Source: Acidobacteria bacterium RIFCSPLOWO2_12_FULL_66_21
GTDB lineage: Bacteria; Acidobacteriota; Vicinamibacteria; Vicinamibacterales; 2-12-FULL-66-21
Assembly: GCA_001767455.1 (NCBI GenBank)
Contig: MELC01000005.1
Span: 4,139-68,138 of the forward strand
Length of the DNA stretch: 64,000 nt
Direction: 5' to 3'
Position 1 is the first letter of the stretch, and each line of letters begins with the position of its first letter. Below, piece by piece: positions 56,520-64,000 of the stretch. Position numbers and translations under genes: made by a program. The notes below the pieces were generated by a model. It was given only the letters and a program-made list of their open reading frames with translations, made no database searches and had not been told where the DNA came from.

Positions 56520-57728
56520 ATGCATCCTCTCATCCACGACTGGAACGACATCGGCGCGGCGAAACCGTCCGTCGTGATGCTTGACGACGAGACGCTGCGC
56601 GACGGGCTGCAGTCGCCGTCCGTGCGGTGCCCGACCATCGAGGAGAAGCTGCGCATCCTGCACCTGATCGATCGGCTCGGGATCGATACGGCGGACATCG
56701 GGCTGCCCGGCGCCGGCCCGCACGTCGTGCGCGACGTCGAGCGGCTCGCGCGCGAAATCGTGGACCAGCGCCTGCACGTGAAGGCGAACTGCGCCGCGCG
56801 CACCGTGATCGCCGACATCCGTCCCATCGCGGAGATCTCGCAGCGCGTGGGCCTTCCCATCGAGTGCTGCGCGTTCATCGGGTCGAGTCCGATCCGCCAG
56901 TATGCGGAAGGGTGGACGCTCGATCAGCTGCTGCGTCTCACCGAGGACGCGGTTGCCTTCGCGGTCAAGGAGGGGCTGCCCGTGATGTATGTCACGGAAG
57001 ACACGACGCGCGCGGATCCGGAGACGCTGCGGCGGCTGTACTCGACGGCGATCCGCGCCGGCGCGGCGCGCGTCTGCGTGGCGGACACCGTGGGCCACGC
57101 CACCCCGGCGGGCGCCGCGGCCGTCGTCCGCTTCATCGCGGGGGTGGTCGAGGAGTGCGGCGGCGGGGTCGGCATCGATTGGCACGGTCACCGCGATCGT
57201 GACGTCGCGGTCACCAATACGATCGCCGCGCTGGAGGCCGGCGCCACGCGGCTGCACGGGGCGGCGATTGGCATCGGCGAGCGCGTCGGCAATACGCCGA
57301 TGGACACGCTGCTCGTGAACCTGGTGTTGATGGGCTATCTCGACCGCAACCTGGACGGGCTGACGGAGTACTGCGAGGCGGTGTCGTCCGCGACCGGGGT
57401 GCCCATCCCGGCGAACTATCCGATCGTGGGCCGCGACGCGTTCCGCACGGCGACCGGCGTCCACGCGGCGGCCGTCATCAAGGCGTACCGCAAGAAGGAC
57501 GCCGAACTGCTGGACGCGGTGTATTCCGGCGTTCCCGCGGCACTGGTGGGGCGCGAGCAGGAAGTGGACGTCGGGCCCATGTCCGGCAGGTCGAACGTCG
57601 TGTTCTGGCTCGAGAAGCGCGGCTACGCCGCGACCGACGAGGTGGTCGATCGCATCTTCGCGAAGGCCAAGGCGTCGGCGTGCGTGCTCACCGAAGAGGA
57701 GATCCTTGCGGAGATTCGTGAAACGTAG
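56520..57728 (+). CDS. HMGL-like aldolase, 2-isopropylmalate/homocitrate synthase family (no LeuA regulatory domain)
   Basis: 402-aa ORF with LDDETLRDGLQSP, ADTVGHATP, HGHRDRDVAVTNTIAALEAGA and GIGERVGNTPMD motifs. Confidence 0.8.
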   Translation: MHPLIHDWNDIGAAKPSVVMLDDETLRDGLQSPSVRCPTIEEKLRILHLIDRLGIDTADIGLPGAGPHVVRDVERLAREIVDQRLHVKANCAARTVIADIRPIAEISQRVGLPIECCAFIGSSPIRQYAEGWTLDQLLRLTEDAVAFAVKEGLPVMYVTEDTTRADPETLRRLYSTAIRAGAARVCVADTVGHATPAGAAAVVRFIAGVVEECGGGVGIDWHGHRDRDVAVTNTIAALEAGATRLHGAAIGIGERVGNTPMDTLLVNLVLMGYLDRNLDGLTEYCEAVSSATGVPIPANYPIVGRDAFRTATGVHAAAVIKAYRKKDAELLDAVYSGVPAALVGREQEVDVGPMSGRSNVVFWLEKRGYAATDEVVDRIFAKAKASACVLTEEEILAEIRET

Positions 57729-57766
57729 CATGCAGAGTTCTTGCTGCTGCCCGTGACCGGGCCTTC

Positions 57767-57788
57767 CACGTTCTACGTTCTCACATTC
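57767..57788. repeat. (CTACGTT)-type array, inverted relative to 56381-56408
   Basis: ccacgttctacgttctcacattc lies directly after the isopropylmalate-synthase-like gene. It is the complement of the AACGTAG family found upstream of that gene. Confidence 0.75.
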
Positions 57789-57794
57789 GACGTG

Positions 57795-58697
57795 TCAGCG
57801 ACCCCGGCCCGCGGCTTTTTCCATCGCGGGCAAGGCTTCGATCAGAACCCGTCCGACCGCCTCGAGCGAACCCGCGCTGCATTTGTCCAGCGTGTCCTCG
57901 CGCGTGTGCCAGTAGCGGTATGTCGCGTCGGGGTATTCCAGGTCGATCACATCGACGGACGGCACGCCGGCCGCAAGGAACTCGAGGTGGTCGTCCTCGA
58001 CGGTGGTGGGCACGTCCACGAACTCCGGCCGCTTGAGACGTTTCGCGGCCGCCCAGATGGCATCGGTCAGCCAGGGTGTCGAGTTCGTCTCGCGCTTGAT
58101 GACCAGCTCGCGGTCGCCAATCATGTCGACCAGGATCATCGCGCGGATATCCTTCAGCGTTCCCGCGGTCCTTGCCGCGTCGACATAGTAGCGGCTCCCG
58201 TAGGTGTGGTCGTTGCCCGACCATTCCGCCACGGCCTCCTCGCCATCGAGAAACAGCAGCTCGATGGGCACGGCGTTGCGCCGATTCTTGAGCACGCGCG
58301 CGAGCTCGACGAGCAGCGCCGTGCTCGATCCGCCGTCGTTCGCGCCGACGAACGGAAACTCGCTGAATCGCTTCGTGTCGTAGTGGCCGGCGATGATGAT
58401 CCGTCCCTGGCGTGCAGCGCCCGGGATCGTCGCCCGGAGGTTGACCATCTTCAGGCGCCCCGCGGGCGTCTCCGCTTCGAAGGCCTGCGCCTCGGTCGCG
58501 ATCCCCGCGGCTTTCATCTGCCGCGTGACGTACTCGCGCGTGGCCGCCGCGCCGGGTGAGCCCGCCGGGCGCGGGCCGATCGCGACGATCTGGCGGAGAT
58601 CCTCGTAGGCGCGCGCCCCGTCAAAGCCCGGCGACGGCGCCTGCACGCCATACAGGCATGCGGTCGAGGCCAGGACGAGAAGCGGCAGGAATCGCAT
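57795..58697 (-). CDS. M28-family peptidase (glutaminyl-cyclase-like)
   Basis: 300-aa ORF with a signal peptide. Metal-ligand blocks are IIIAGHYD, NDGGSSTALLVELAR, LFLDGEE and HTREDT. Confidence 0.82.
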   Translation of the reverse strand: MRFLPLLVLASTACLYGVQAPSPGFDGARAYEDLRQIVAIGPRPAGSPGAAATREYVTRQMKAAGIATEAQAFEAETPAGRLKMVNLRATIPGAARQGRIIIAGHYDTKRFSEFPFVGANDGGSSTALLVELARVLKNRRNAVPIELLFLDGEEAVAEWSGNDHTYGSRYYVDAARTAGTLKDIRAMILVDMIGDRELVIKRETNSTPWLTDAIWAAAKRLKRPEFVDVPTTVEDDHLEFLAAGVPSVDVIDLEYPDATYRYWHTREDTLDKCSAGSLEAVGRVLIEALPAMEKAAGRGR

Positions 58698-58701
58698 GAG
58701 G

Positions 58702-59988
58702 CTACCGGCGCTTGTCCCGCGGCACGTAATCCCGCTGTGCCGGCCCGACGTAAATCTGGCGCGGCCGCGCGATCTTCTGCTCCGGATCCTGCAGCATCTC
58801 TTCCCACTGCGCCATCCAGCCCGCGGTGCGGGGAATCGCGAACAGGACGGGGAACATGTCGACGGGGAAGCCCATCGCCTGGTAAATCAGCCCCGAATAG
58901 AAATCGACGTTCGGGTACAGCTTCCGAGAGATGAAGTACTCGTCCTCGAGCGCGATGCGCTCCAGCTCCAGGGCGATGTCGAGCAGCGGGTTCCTGCCGG
59001 TGACCTCGAACACGAGATCCGCGATGCGCTTGATGATCTTCGCGCGCGGGTCGTACGACTTGTAAACGCGATGGCCGAACCCCATCAGGCGTCCCTCGCC
59101 CGCCTTGACGCGCGTGACGAACGCGGGGACGTTGGCCTTGCTGCCGATTTCGGTGAGCATCCGCAGGACGGCTTCGTTCGCGCCGCCGTGCAGCGGCCCG
59201 TACAGCGCCGCCGCGGCGCCGGCGAGCGCGGAGTAGGGATCGACGTGCGAGCTGCCGATGCCGCGCATGGCGTGGGTGCTGCAGTTCTGCTCGTGATCGG
59301 CGTGCAGGATGAACAGCACGTCGAGCGCCCGCTCCAGCACCGGGCTCGGGTCGTAGCGCGGCTCGGTCATCTTGAACAGCATGTTCAGGAAGTTGCCCGA
59401 AAAGCTCAGGTCGTTGTCGGGCAGCACGTACGGACGGCCGATGGTGTGACGGAACGCGTAGGCGGCGATGCTCGGCACCTTCGCGACGAGGCGAATGCGC
59501 TGGAGGTGGCGCGACTCCACGTCGAAGATGTTCTTCGCGTCGGGGTAGAAGGTCGACAACGCCCCGACCGCGCTCAGGAACATCCCCATCGGGTGCGCGT
59601 CGTAGCGGAAGCCCTCGAGGAACTTCTTGATGTTCTCGTGGAGCATCGTGTGGTGCGTGATGTCGTTGGTCCAGCGATCGAGCTCCGGGCCCTTCGGCAG
59701 CTCGCCGAGCAGGATCAGGTACGCGGTCTCGAGAAAGTCGCTGTGCTCCGCGAGCTGCTCGATGGGGTACCCGCGGTACATCAGGACGCCCTTGTCGCCG
59801 TCGATGTAGGTGATGCTGCTGCGGCACGCGGCCGTGTTCGTGAACGCCGGGTCGTAGGTCATCATGCCGAACTCGTCGGGCGTGACCTTGATCTGGCGCA
59901 GGTCCATCGCGCGAATCGTGCCGTCCTGGATGGGAATCGCGTAGTGCCTGCCCGTGCGGTTGTCGGTGATCGTGAGCGTGTCGGCCAT
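58702..59988 (-). CDS. gltA: Citrate synthase (type II)
   Basis: 428-aa ORF with LHADHEQNCSTHA, GPLHGGANE and GFGHRVYK catalytic blocks. Confidence 0.95.
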   Translation of the reverse strand: MADTLTITDNRTGRHYAIPIQDGTIRAMDLRQIKVTPDEFGMMTYDPAFTNTAACRSSITYIDGDKGVLMYRGYPIEQLAEHSDFLETAYLILLGELPKGPELDRWTNDITHHTMLHENIKKFLEGFRYDAHPMGMFLSAVGALSTFYPDAKNIFDVESRHLQRIRLVAKVPSIAAYAFRHTIGRPYVLPDNDLSFSGNFLNMLFKMTEPRYDPSPVLERALDVLFILHADHEQNCSTHAMRGIGSSHVDPYSALAGAAAALYGPLHGGANEAVLRMLTEIGSKANVPAFVTRVKAGEGRLMGFGHRVYKSYDPRAKIIKRIADLVFEVTGRNPLLDIALELERIALEDEYFISRKLYPNVDFYSGLIYQAMGFPVDMFPVLFAIPRTAGWMAQWEEMLQDPEQKIARPRQIYVGPAQRDYVPRDKRR

Positions 59989-59990
59989 GT

Positions 59991-60161
59991 CTACTCGGAC
60001 TCGTCTTCTTCGTCAGGGGGAATCGGCGGACCCGGCACCCGGTAGCCGCCGCTCAGCCAGCGGCCCAGATCCGCCAGCTTGCAACGTTCGCTGCAGAAGG
60101 GGCGCCACGTCGGATCGGGCGGCCGCCGTCGGCAGTACGGGCACAGTTCAGTGGGGGTCAA
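59991..60161 (-). CDS. yacG: DNA gyrase inhibitor YacG (zinc-finger protein), 56 aa, below ORF-track cutoff
   Basis: The reverse strand reads TTG-ACC... = [56 protein letters not shown]. CPxC...PFCSxRCKxxDLGxW is the YacG signature. The stop lies 2 nt upstream of the gltA start codon. Confidence 0.75.
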   Translation of the reverse strand: MTPTELCPYCRRRPPDPTWRPFCSERCKLADLGRWLSGGYRVPGPPIPPDEEDESE

Positions 60162-60198
60162 GTGAGTCGTACAACCGGACTATTCTATCAGCAGCGAT

Positions 60199-60308
60199 GG
60201 AACGTAGAACGTAGAAGGCAGGATCGTCTTCGTGGACTTCGTGTCCTTCGCGATCTGTCCGAAAAGCCGTGGCCCGTCTCAGCGTGGTTCGAGTGCTTCT
60301 ACGTTTTA
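60199..60308. repeat. Mosaic element: (AACGTAG)2 + (CTTCGTG)3 + distal CTTCTACGTTTTA
   Basis: ggaacgtagaacgtagaag (60197-60216) is complementary to cttctacgtttta (60296-60308). In between lie gtcttcgtggacttcgtgtccttcgcg. The element sits between yacG and the Tmk-like gene pair. Confidence 0.8.
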
Positions 60309-60321
60309 CCGCCCCGCCGCG

Positions 60322-61092
60322 TCACTCCGGCCGTACTGGCGTCGGGCTCTCTGACTCCGCCAGAAACGCGGCGATCTGCCGGCGCAGCTCCTCCTGGATC
60401 ACGTCCACCTTGCGCCGGGCGTCGAGCACGCGGAAGCCGAACTCGTCGGCCATCGAGGCATACTCGCGCAGCAGCGACCGCTGATACGCGCGGAAGCTCT
60501 CGTAAATGTCGTCGCCGAGCTTCATGTCCATGCCCGATTCCCAGTAGTCCATCCCGCGCGACTGGAGGACGCGGCGGATCAGCGTCTTCTCGTCGATCTT
60601 CAGGTAGAACACCAGGTGCGGCGCAATCGCGAAGCCGTACAGGCTCCGCACCCACGTGCGGTCGACGCCGCGGACGCCCGCGCGGGCCAGCGCCGTGAAG
60701 ATGTACCGATCCGACAGGACGATGAACCCGGCCTTGAGCGCCGGGATGATCTCCTTCTCGAGGCGGTCGGCGAAATCCGTCGCATACAGCAGCACGAAGG
60801 TCAGCTTGTTCAGCGTGTTGCTCGCCTTGGCCAGATCGATCGTGGGCTGCATCAGGTCCGATCGCGTCCAGCCGGTCTCGACGACGCCGTAGCCCTGCAC
60901 CTCGAGCCATTCACGCAGCAGGCTGATCTGGGTCGATCGGCCCACGCCGTCGGTCCCCTCGATCGCGATGATCTTGCCGGGATACCCCTGGATCGGCAGG
61001 TACGGGATCCCGTACCCGTAATAGCTGCCGGCGCGCACCTCGGTGGCGCCCCCCTCGTCAACCAAGCTGCTCGTCGAGCTGTTCGTCGTCAT
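60322..61092 (-). CDS. Thymidylate-kinase-like P-loop protein, degenerate Walker A (GVGRST)
   Basis: Start is at ATG 61092, with TTG 61065 as an alternative. KIIAIEGTDGVGRSTQISLL and SDRYIFTALARA fit the Tmk-family fold. The Walker A Lys is replaced by Arg, and no REPGGT-type dTMP motif is present. Confidence 0.7.
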   Translation of the reverse strand: MTTNSSTSSLVDEGGATEVRAGSYYGYGIPYLPIQGYPGKIIAIEGTDGVGRSTQISLLREWLEVQGYGVVETGWTRSDLMQPTIDLAKASNTLNKLTFVLLYATDFADRLEKEIIPALKAGFIVLSDRYIFTALARAGVRGVDRTWVRSLYGFAIAPHLVFYLKIDEKTLIRRVLQSRGMDYWESGMDMKLGDDIYESFRAYQRSLLREYASMADEFGFRVLDARRKVDVIQEELRRQIAAFLAESESPTPVRPE

Positions 61093-61759
61093 TCTCGATC
61101 TCCAGGTACTGCGATACGAGCTTCCGGAACGTGCGCTGCTGTTCGGTGATGCTCCCGCTCGCCGGTACGACACTCAGGCCGAATTCGTCCACGAGCCGGT
61201 CGTACTCGTCGAGCACCTTGCCCTGGAAGATCTTGAAGCTCTCCGTGGCGTTGGCGCTCCAGCCCATGTCCATGCCCGCCTCGTAGAACTTCAGCTTCAC
61301 GCGGCGCGCGAGCAGCCGATCGATGGACACCTCGATCGGCACGCGGAAGTACACCGCCATGTCCGGCTTGACGGCGAAGCTGTACAGCTCGCGGACCCAG
61401 CGCCGATCGACGCCGCGCGCCGCGTCACGCGCGAAGGCCGTGTAGGCGTAGCGGTCCGCGAGCACGATCATGCCGGCCTTGAGCGGCGGAATGATGTTGT
61501 ACAGCAGGCGGTCCGCGAAGTCCGTCGCGTGCAGCAGGCTGAAGGTCATCGGCGTCAGCGCGTTCTTCTTCTTGCCGGTCTTGGTCGCGGCCTTGACGAG
61601 CGCCGACGAGTTCCATTCCGTCACGAAGACCGGGTGGCCGGCCGCGATCAGCCACTTAGCGAGCAGCCCGAGCTGCGTGGTCTTGCCGGACCCGTCGATG
61701 CCTTCGACCACGAACAGCTTTCCGGGGTACTCGTGCGGGGTGGTCAGGTTGCTGAGCAT
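61058..61759 (-). CDS. Thymidylate-kinase-like P-loop protein (canonical Walker A), paralog of the downstream gene
   Basis: Start is at ATG 61759, inside the track ORF 61058..62089. It has KLFVVEGIDGSGKTTQLGLL and ADRYAYTAFARD. It shares the unusual YEAGMDMGW / YWESGMDMKL insert with its neighbour. Confidence 0.72.
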   Translation of the reverse strand: MLSNLTTPHEYPGKLFVVEGIDGSGKTTQLGLLAKWLIAAGHPVFVTEWNSSALVKAATKTGKKKNALTPMTFSLLHATDFADRLLYNIIPPLKAGMIVLADRYAYTAFARDAARGVDRRWVRELYSFAVKPDMAVYFRVPIEVSIDRLLARRVKLKFYEAGMDMGWSANATESFKIFQGKVLDEYDRLVDEFGLSVVPASGSITEQQRTFRKLVSQYLEIENDDEQLDEQLG

Positions 61760-63314
61760 GTGGCGGTTGTTCCTTGTAATCGGCCCCCGCCACCTCGAAG
61801 CGGATGGGCCTGTCGAGCACGCGCTCGAGCGGCGCGGCATGGCGGTGCGCGGCCCAGAGCTCCAGCTCCGCGTCGCCCGACGCGCGCAGCCGCGCAAGAT
61901 AATCGTCGTCGCGCGGGTAGAAATCGATGCCGCCGAGGGCCTGCGCGTGACTCCGATCGAGCCCCTCGGCGAGCCGGACGATGGCGGCGAGCGTCCGGAC
62001 GGTGCGCCGCAGCGGCCCGCTGAGCGCGGCGTAGCCGTCGTGCGCCTTCTTCGGCGTGGCCTGGCGGTGGTAGCGCGCGACGAGCGCAATCACCTCGATC
62101 TCGTGCGGCTCGAATCCGCGCAGATCCCCATTCTTGACCAGATAGTACGAATGACGGTGGTGGCGCTCGTAGCTGATATGGACGCCGATGTCGTGCAGCA
62201 GCGCGCCGTACTCCAACCACTCGCGCTCGCGGGCGGCCAGCCCGTGCACGCTGCGGGTCTGATCGAAAATGCTCAGCGCGAGCCGCGCGACCTGGTGGGC
62301 GTGCTCGGACCAGTAGCCGCAGCGCTCGCCGAGCTCCACGATGCTGCGGCGCCGCACGTCCGGGTAGCGCTCGACCTTGCGGATCTGCGCGCTGTTGCGA
62401 TGGATGTAGTCGAGCACCAGCCCCTCGCGCAGCGCCATGTCGCAGAGCGTGAGGCTCTCGGCGCCAAGTCGGCGCAGGATCGTGTCGAGCAGGACCGCCC
62501 CGGCGACCGCGAGGTCCGCGCGGCGCGGGTCGAACCCGGCCATCGCGAGCCGCTCCTCGATGTCCGACGCCGCCAACCGCTTGCGGAGACGGTGCAGGGC
62601 CTTCGCGGACACGCGCCGGTTGCGCAGCTCGGTTGGCGCGGCGCCGCCGTCAGCGAGCGCGAGCGCGCCGAGGCTGAGAATCGTCCCTGACGTGCCGATG
62701 ACCCTCGCGAACCCGCGCGCCGCGATCTCGTCGAGGTACGTGCCCATGTCCCGATTGAGGTGTTTCACGAGGCGCCGCTCGTCCCGCTGCGCGAACGGGT
62801 CGCTCGAGACGAACCGCTCGGTCAGCCGGATGACGCCGGCCTTGAAGCTCTTGCCGAGCGTGACGTGGGTGGCGGTGCCCAGCGTGATCTCGACACTGCC
62901 GCCGCCGATGTCGATGACCACCGCGGCGCTGCCGCCGATGTCGACGCCGTACCCCGCCGCCCTGTGGATGAGCCGGGCCTCCTCGGTGCCTGAGATGACG
63001 CTGACGCGCACGCCGACTTCGCGATCCACGTCGGCAATGAAGTCTCCGCCGTTCTGCGCTTCCCGCACCGCACTGGTTGCCGCCGCCACGACCTCGTCGA
63101 TCTTGTAGGAATCAGCGAGGCGCTTGAACTTGGACAGCGTCTGCTTCGCGGCCGCCATGGCCGTCGGGGTCAATTTCCGTCCGTCCAGCCCGCCGGCCCC
63201 GAGCCGGACCATGTCCTTTTCCCGATCGACGATCTCGAAGGAGAGGTCGGGGTGCACCTCGACCACGATCATGTGGATGGAATTGGTGCCGATGTCGATG
63301 GCGGCGATGCGCAT
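61656..63314 (-). CDS. ppx: Ppx/GppA-family exopolyphosphatase with C-terminal HD domain
   Basis: Start is at ATG 63314 (MRIAAIDIGTNSIHMIVVE). It has ASKHA-fold motifs (VVIDIGGGSVE) and an HD region LLHDIGVHISYERHHRHSYYLV. The 3' end overlaps the next gene by 104 nt. Confidence 0.88.
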   Translation of the reverse strand: MRIAAIDIGTNSIHMIVVEVHPDLSFEIVDREKDMVRLGAGGLDGRKLTPTAMAAAKQTLSKFKRLADSYKIDEVVAAATSAVREAQNGGDFIADVDREVGVRVSVISGTEEARLIHRAAGYGVDIGGSAAVVIDIGGGSVEITLGTATHVTLGKSFKAGVIRLTERFVSSDPFAQRDERRLVKHLNRDMGTYLDEIAARGFARVIGTSGTILSLGALALADGGAAPTELRNRRVSAKALHRLRKRLAASDIEERLAMAGFDPRRADLAVAGAVLLDTILRRLGAESLTLCDMALREGLVLDYIHRNSAQIRKVERYPDVRRRSIVELGERCGYWSEHAHQVARLALSIFDQTRSVHGLAAREREWLEYGALLHDIGVHISYERHHRHSYYLVKNGDLRGFEPHEIEVIALVARYHRQATPKKAHDGYAALSGPLRRTVRTLAAIVRLAEGLDRSHAQALGGIDFYPRDDDYLARLRASGDAELELWAAHRHAAPLERVLDRPIRFEVAGADYKEQPPHAQQPDHPARVPRKAVRGRRHRRVRQDHAARAAR

Positions 63315-63350
63315 TAATCTGCTGGGGGCTTCGCCCCCAGACCCCCCACT

Positions 63351-63470
63351 CACTCGCTCGCGGGGCCCCCGTCGCCCCGCTCCGCTCGTGAGGCTCGTTC
63401 GCTCCGCTCACTCGCGGGGCCCCCGTCGCCCCGCTCCGCTCGTGAGGCTCGTTCGCTCCGCTCACTCGCG
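63351..63470. repeat. Tandem 54-58-bp repeat (2.1 copies) in the ppx / CHAD divergent region
   Basis: cactcgc(tc)gcggggcccccgtcgccccgctccgctcgtgaggctcgttcgctccgct occurs at 63351-63408 and 63409-63462, with a partial third copy at 63463-70. It is preceded by a CTGGGGGC-ttcg-GCCCCCAG stem-loop (63322-63340). Confidence 0.88.
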
Positions 63471-63574
63471 CTGTGAAAAAGCTCAGCCGGGTCCGACTCT
63501 TGCTTGTTGCGTGCCAGAGATATACTCAGGATTCGGGCCGGAAACCAACGGATGAGGCTGGGTGGCATCGTAGC

Positions 63575-64000
63575 ATGAACGATTCGACGACACAGGGAAC
63601 CGCGCGGGTGCTCCAGCGGCTCACGCGCGCGCTCAACCGCCACCTGCCGGCAGCCGTCGGCGGCGACCGCCTCGGCGTCCACCAGGCCCGGGTCGCGTCC
63701 CGGCGGCTTCGCGAGGCGGTGCCCGTCCTCTCGACGGGGCTGTCGCCCAGCAAGGCTCACAAGGCGATGCGCAAGATCCGCCGGCTGACCCGCGCGCTCG
63801 GCACGGTGCGGGAACTGGATGTGACGCTGCATCTCCTCGATGAGTTCGCGCGGAAGGATCACATCCCGCGCTCGGCGGTCGAAGACGTGCGGGCCCACGT
63901 GCTGGGGGAGCGCGCGCGCAGCCGTGAGGTGATGGTCGAGCGGCTCGGCCGCATCAACCGCAAGAAGCTCAATCGCCGGCTGGCGAGCGTGTGCGAGGCG
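63575..64000 (+). CDS. CHAD-domain protein, N-terminal part (runs off the window)
   Basis: ATG 63575 opens a frame that stays open to base 64000. It is not in the track because no stop is reached. GVHQARVASRRLREAVPVL and AMRKIRRLTRALGTVRELDV are CHAD-type helices with the conserved His/Arg pattern. The gene is divergent from ppx. Confidence 0.7.
   Translation, partial: MNDSTTQGTARVLQRLTRALNRHLPAAVGGDRLGVHQARVASRRLREAVPVLSTGLSPSKAHKAMRKIRRLTRALGTVRELDVTLHLLDEFARKDHIPRSAVEDVRAHVLGERARSREVMVERLGRINRKKLNRRLASVCEA

Noticed and set aside
63350-63898. 182-aa reverse ORF
   Set aside because: It is antisense to the CHAD-domain gene and runs into the tandem repeats. Its C-terminal part is a translated repeat (ERSERASRAERGDGGPASE twice).

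Overview
This is a 64 kb, very GC-rich (roughly two-thirds G+C by eye) chromosomal segment. It is densely packed with housekeeping and envelope genes. Gene content looks like a soil Acidobacteriota-type bacterium, but that is inference only and no search was run. I support 56 protein-coding genes and one tRNA.

Gene content:
- Left edge: the 3' end of a tyrosine integrase abutting tRNA-Leu(CAA).
- Metabolism and regulation: korAB, carD, plsC, an OPT transporter, rex-moaC, fadD, lytS/lytT-lepB-CDF, an orphan nuoI, a YitJ-like Hcy-methyltransferase/MTHFR fusion, a PmtA-like methyltransferase, lon, znuAB, an FHA-GAF-PP2C phosphatase, gltA-yacG, and ppx plus a CHAD protein.
- A KAS / FAD-oxidoreductase / ICMT-methyltransferase cluster.
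- An 8-gene Bat-like MoxR-vWA operon (35.3-49.0 kb).
- A tandem pair of divergent thymidylate-kinase-like genes.

Many long ORFs in the track are alternative-frame shadows, which is typical of high-GC DNA.

The most unusual content is non-coding:
1. A structured composite repeat family of about 250-700 bp has three copies (499-752, 15651-15998, 48979-49700). Its central hairpin of 24-27 bp arms keeps its pairing through compensatory changes.
2. A genome-style vocabulary of tandem heptanucleotide arrays (CCAGCTT, CGTGACT, CACGAAG, TCGATAG, GGCGATT, AACGTAG, GAGYTGC, GCAGGCA) fills many intergenic regions. The arrays often form long hairpins and sometimes supply start or stop codons of flanking genes.
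3. Near-consensus -10 boxes recur 6-11 nt upstream of start codons, which implies widespread leaderless or near-leaderless transcripts.

All family assignments come from motif recognition in the translations. No database search was possible.
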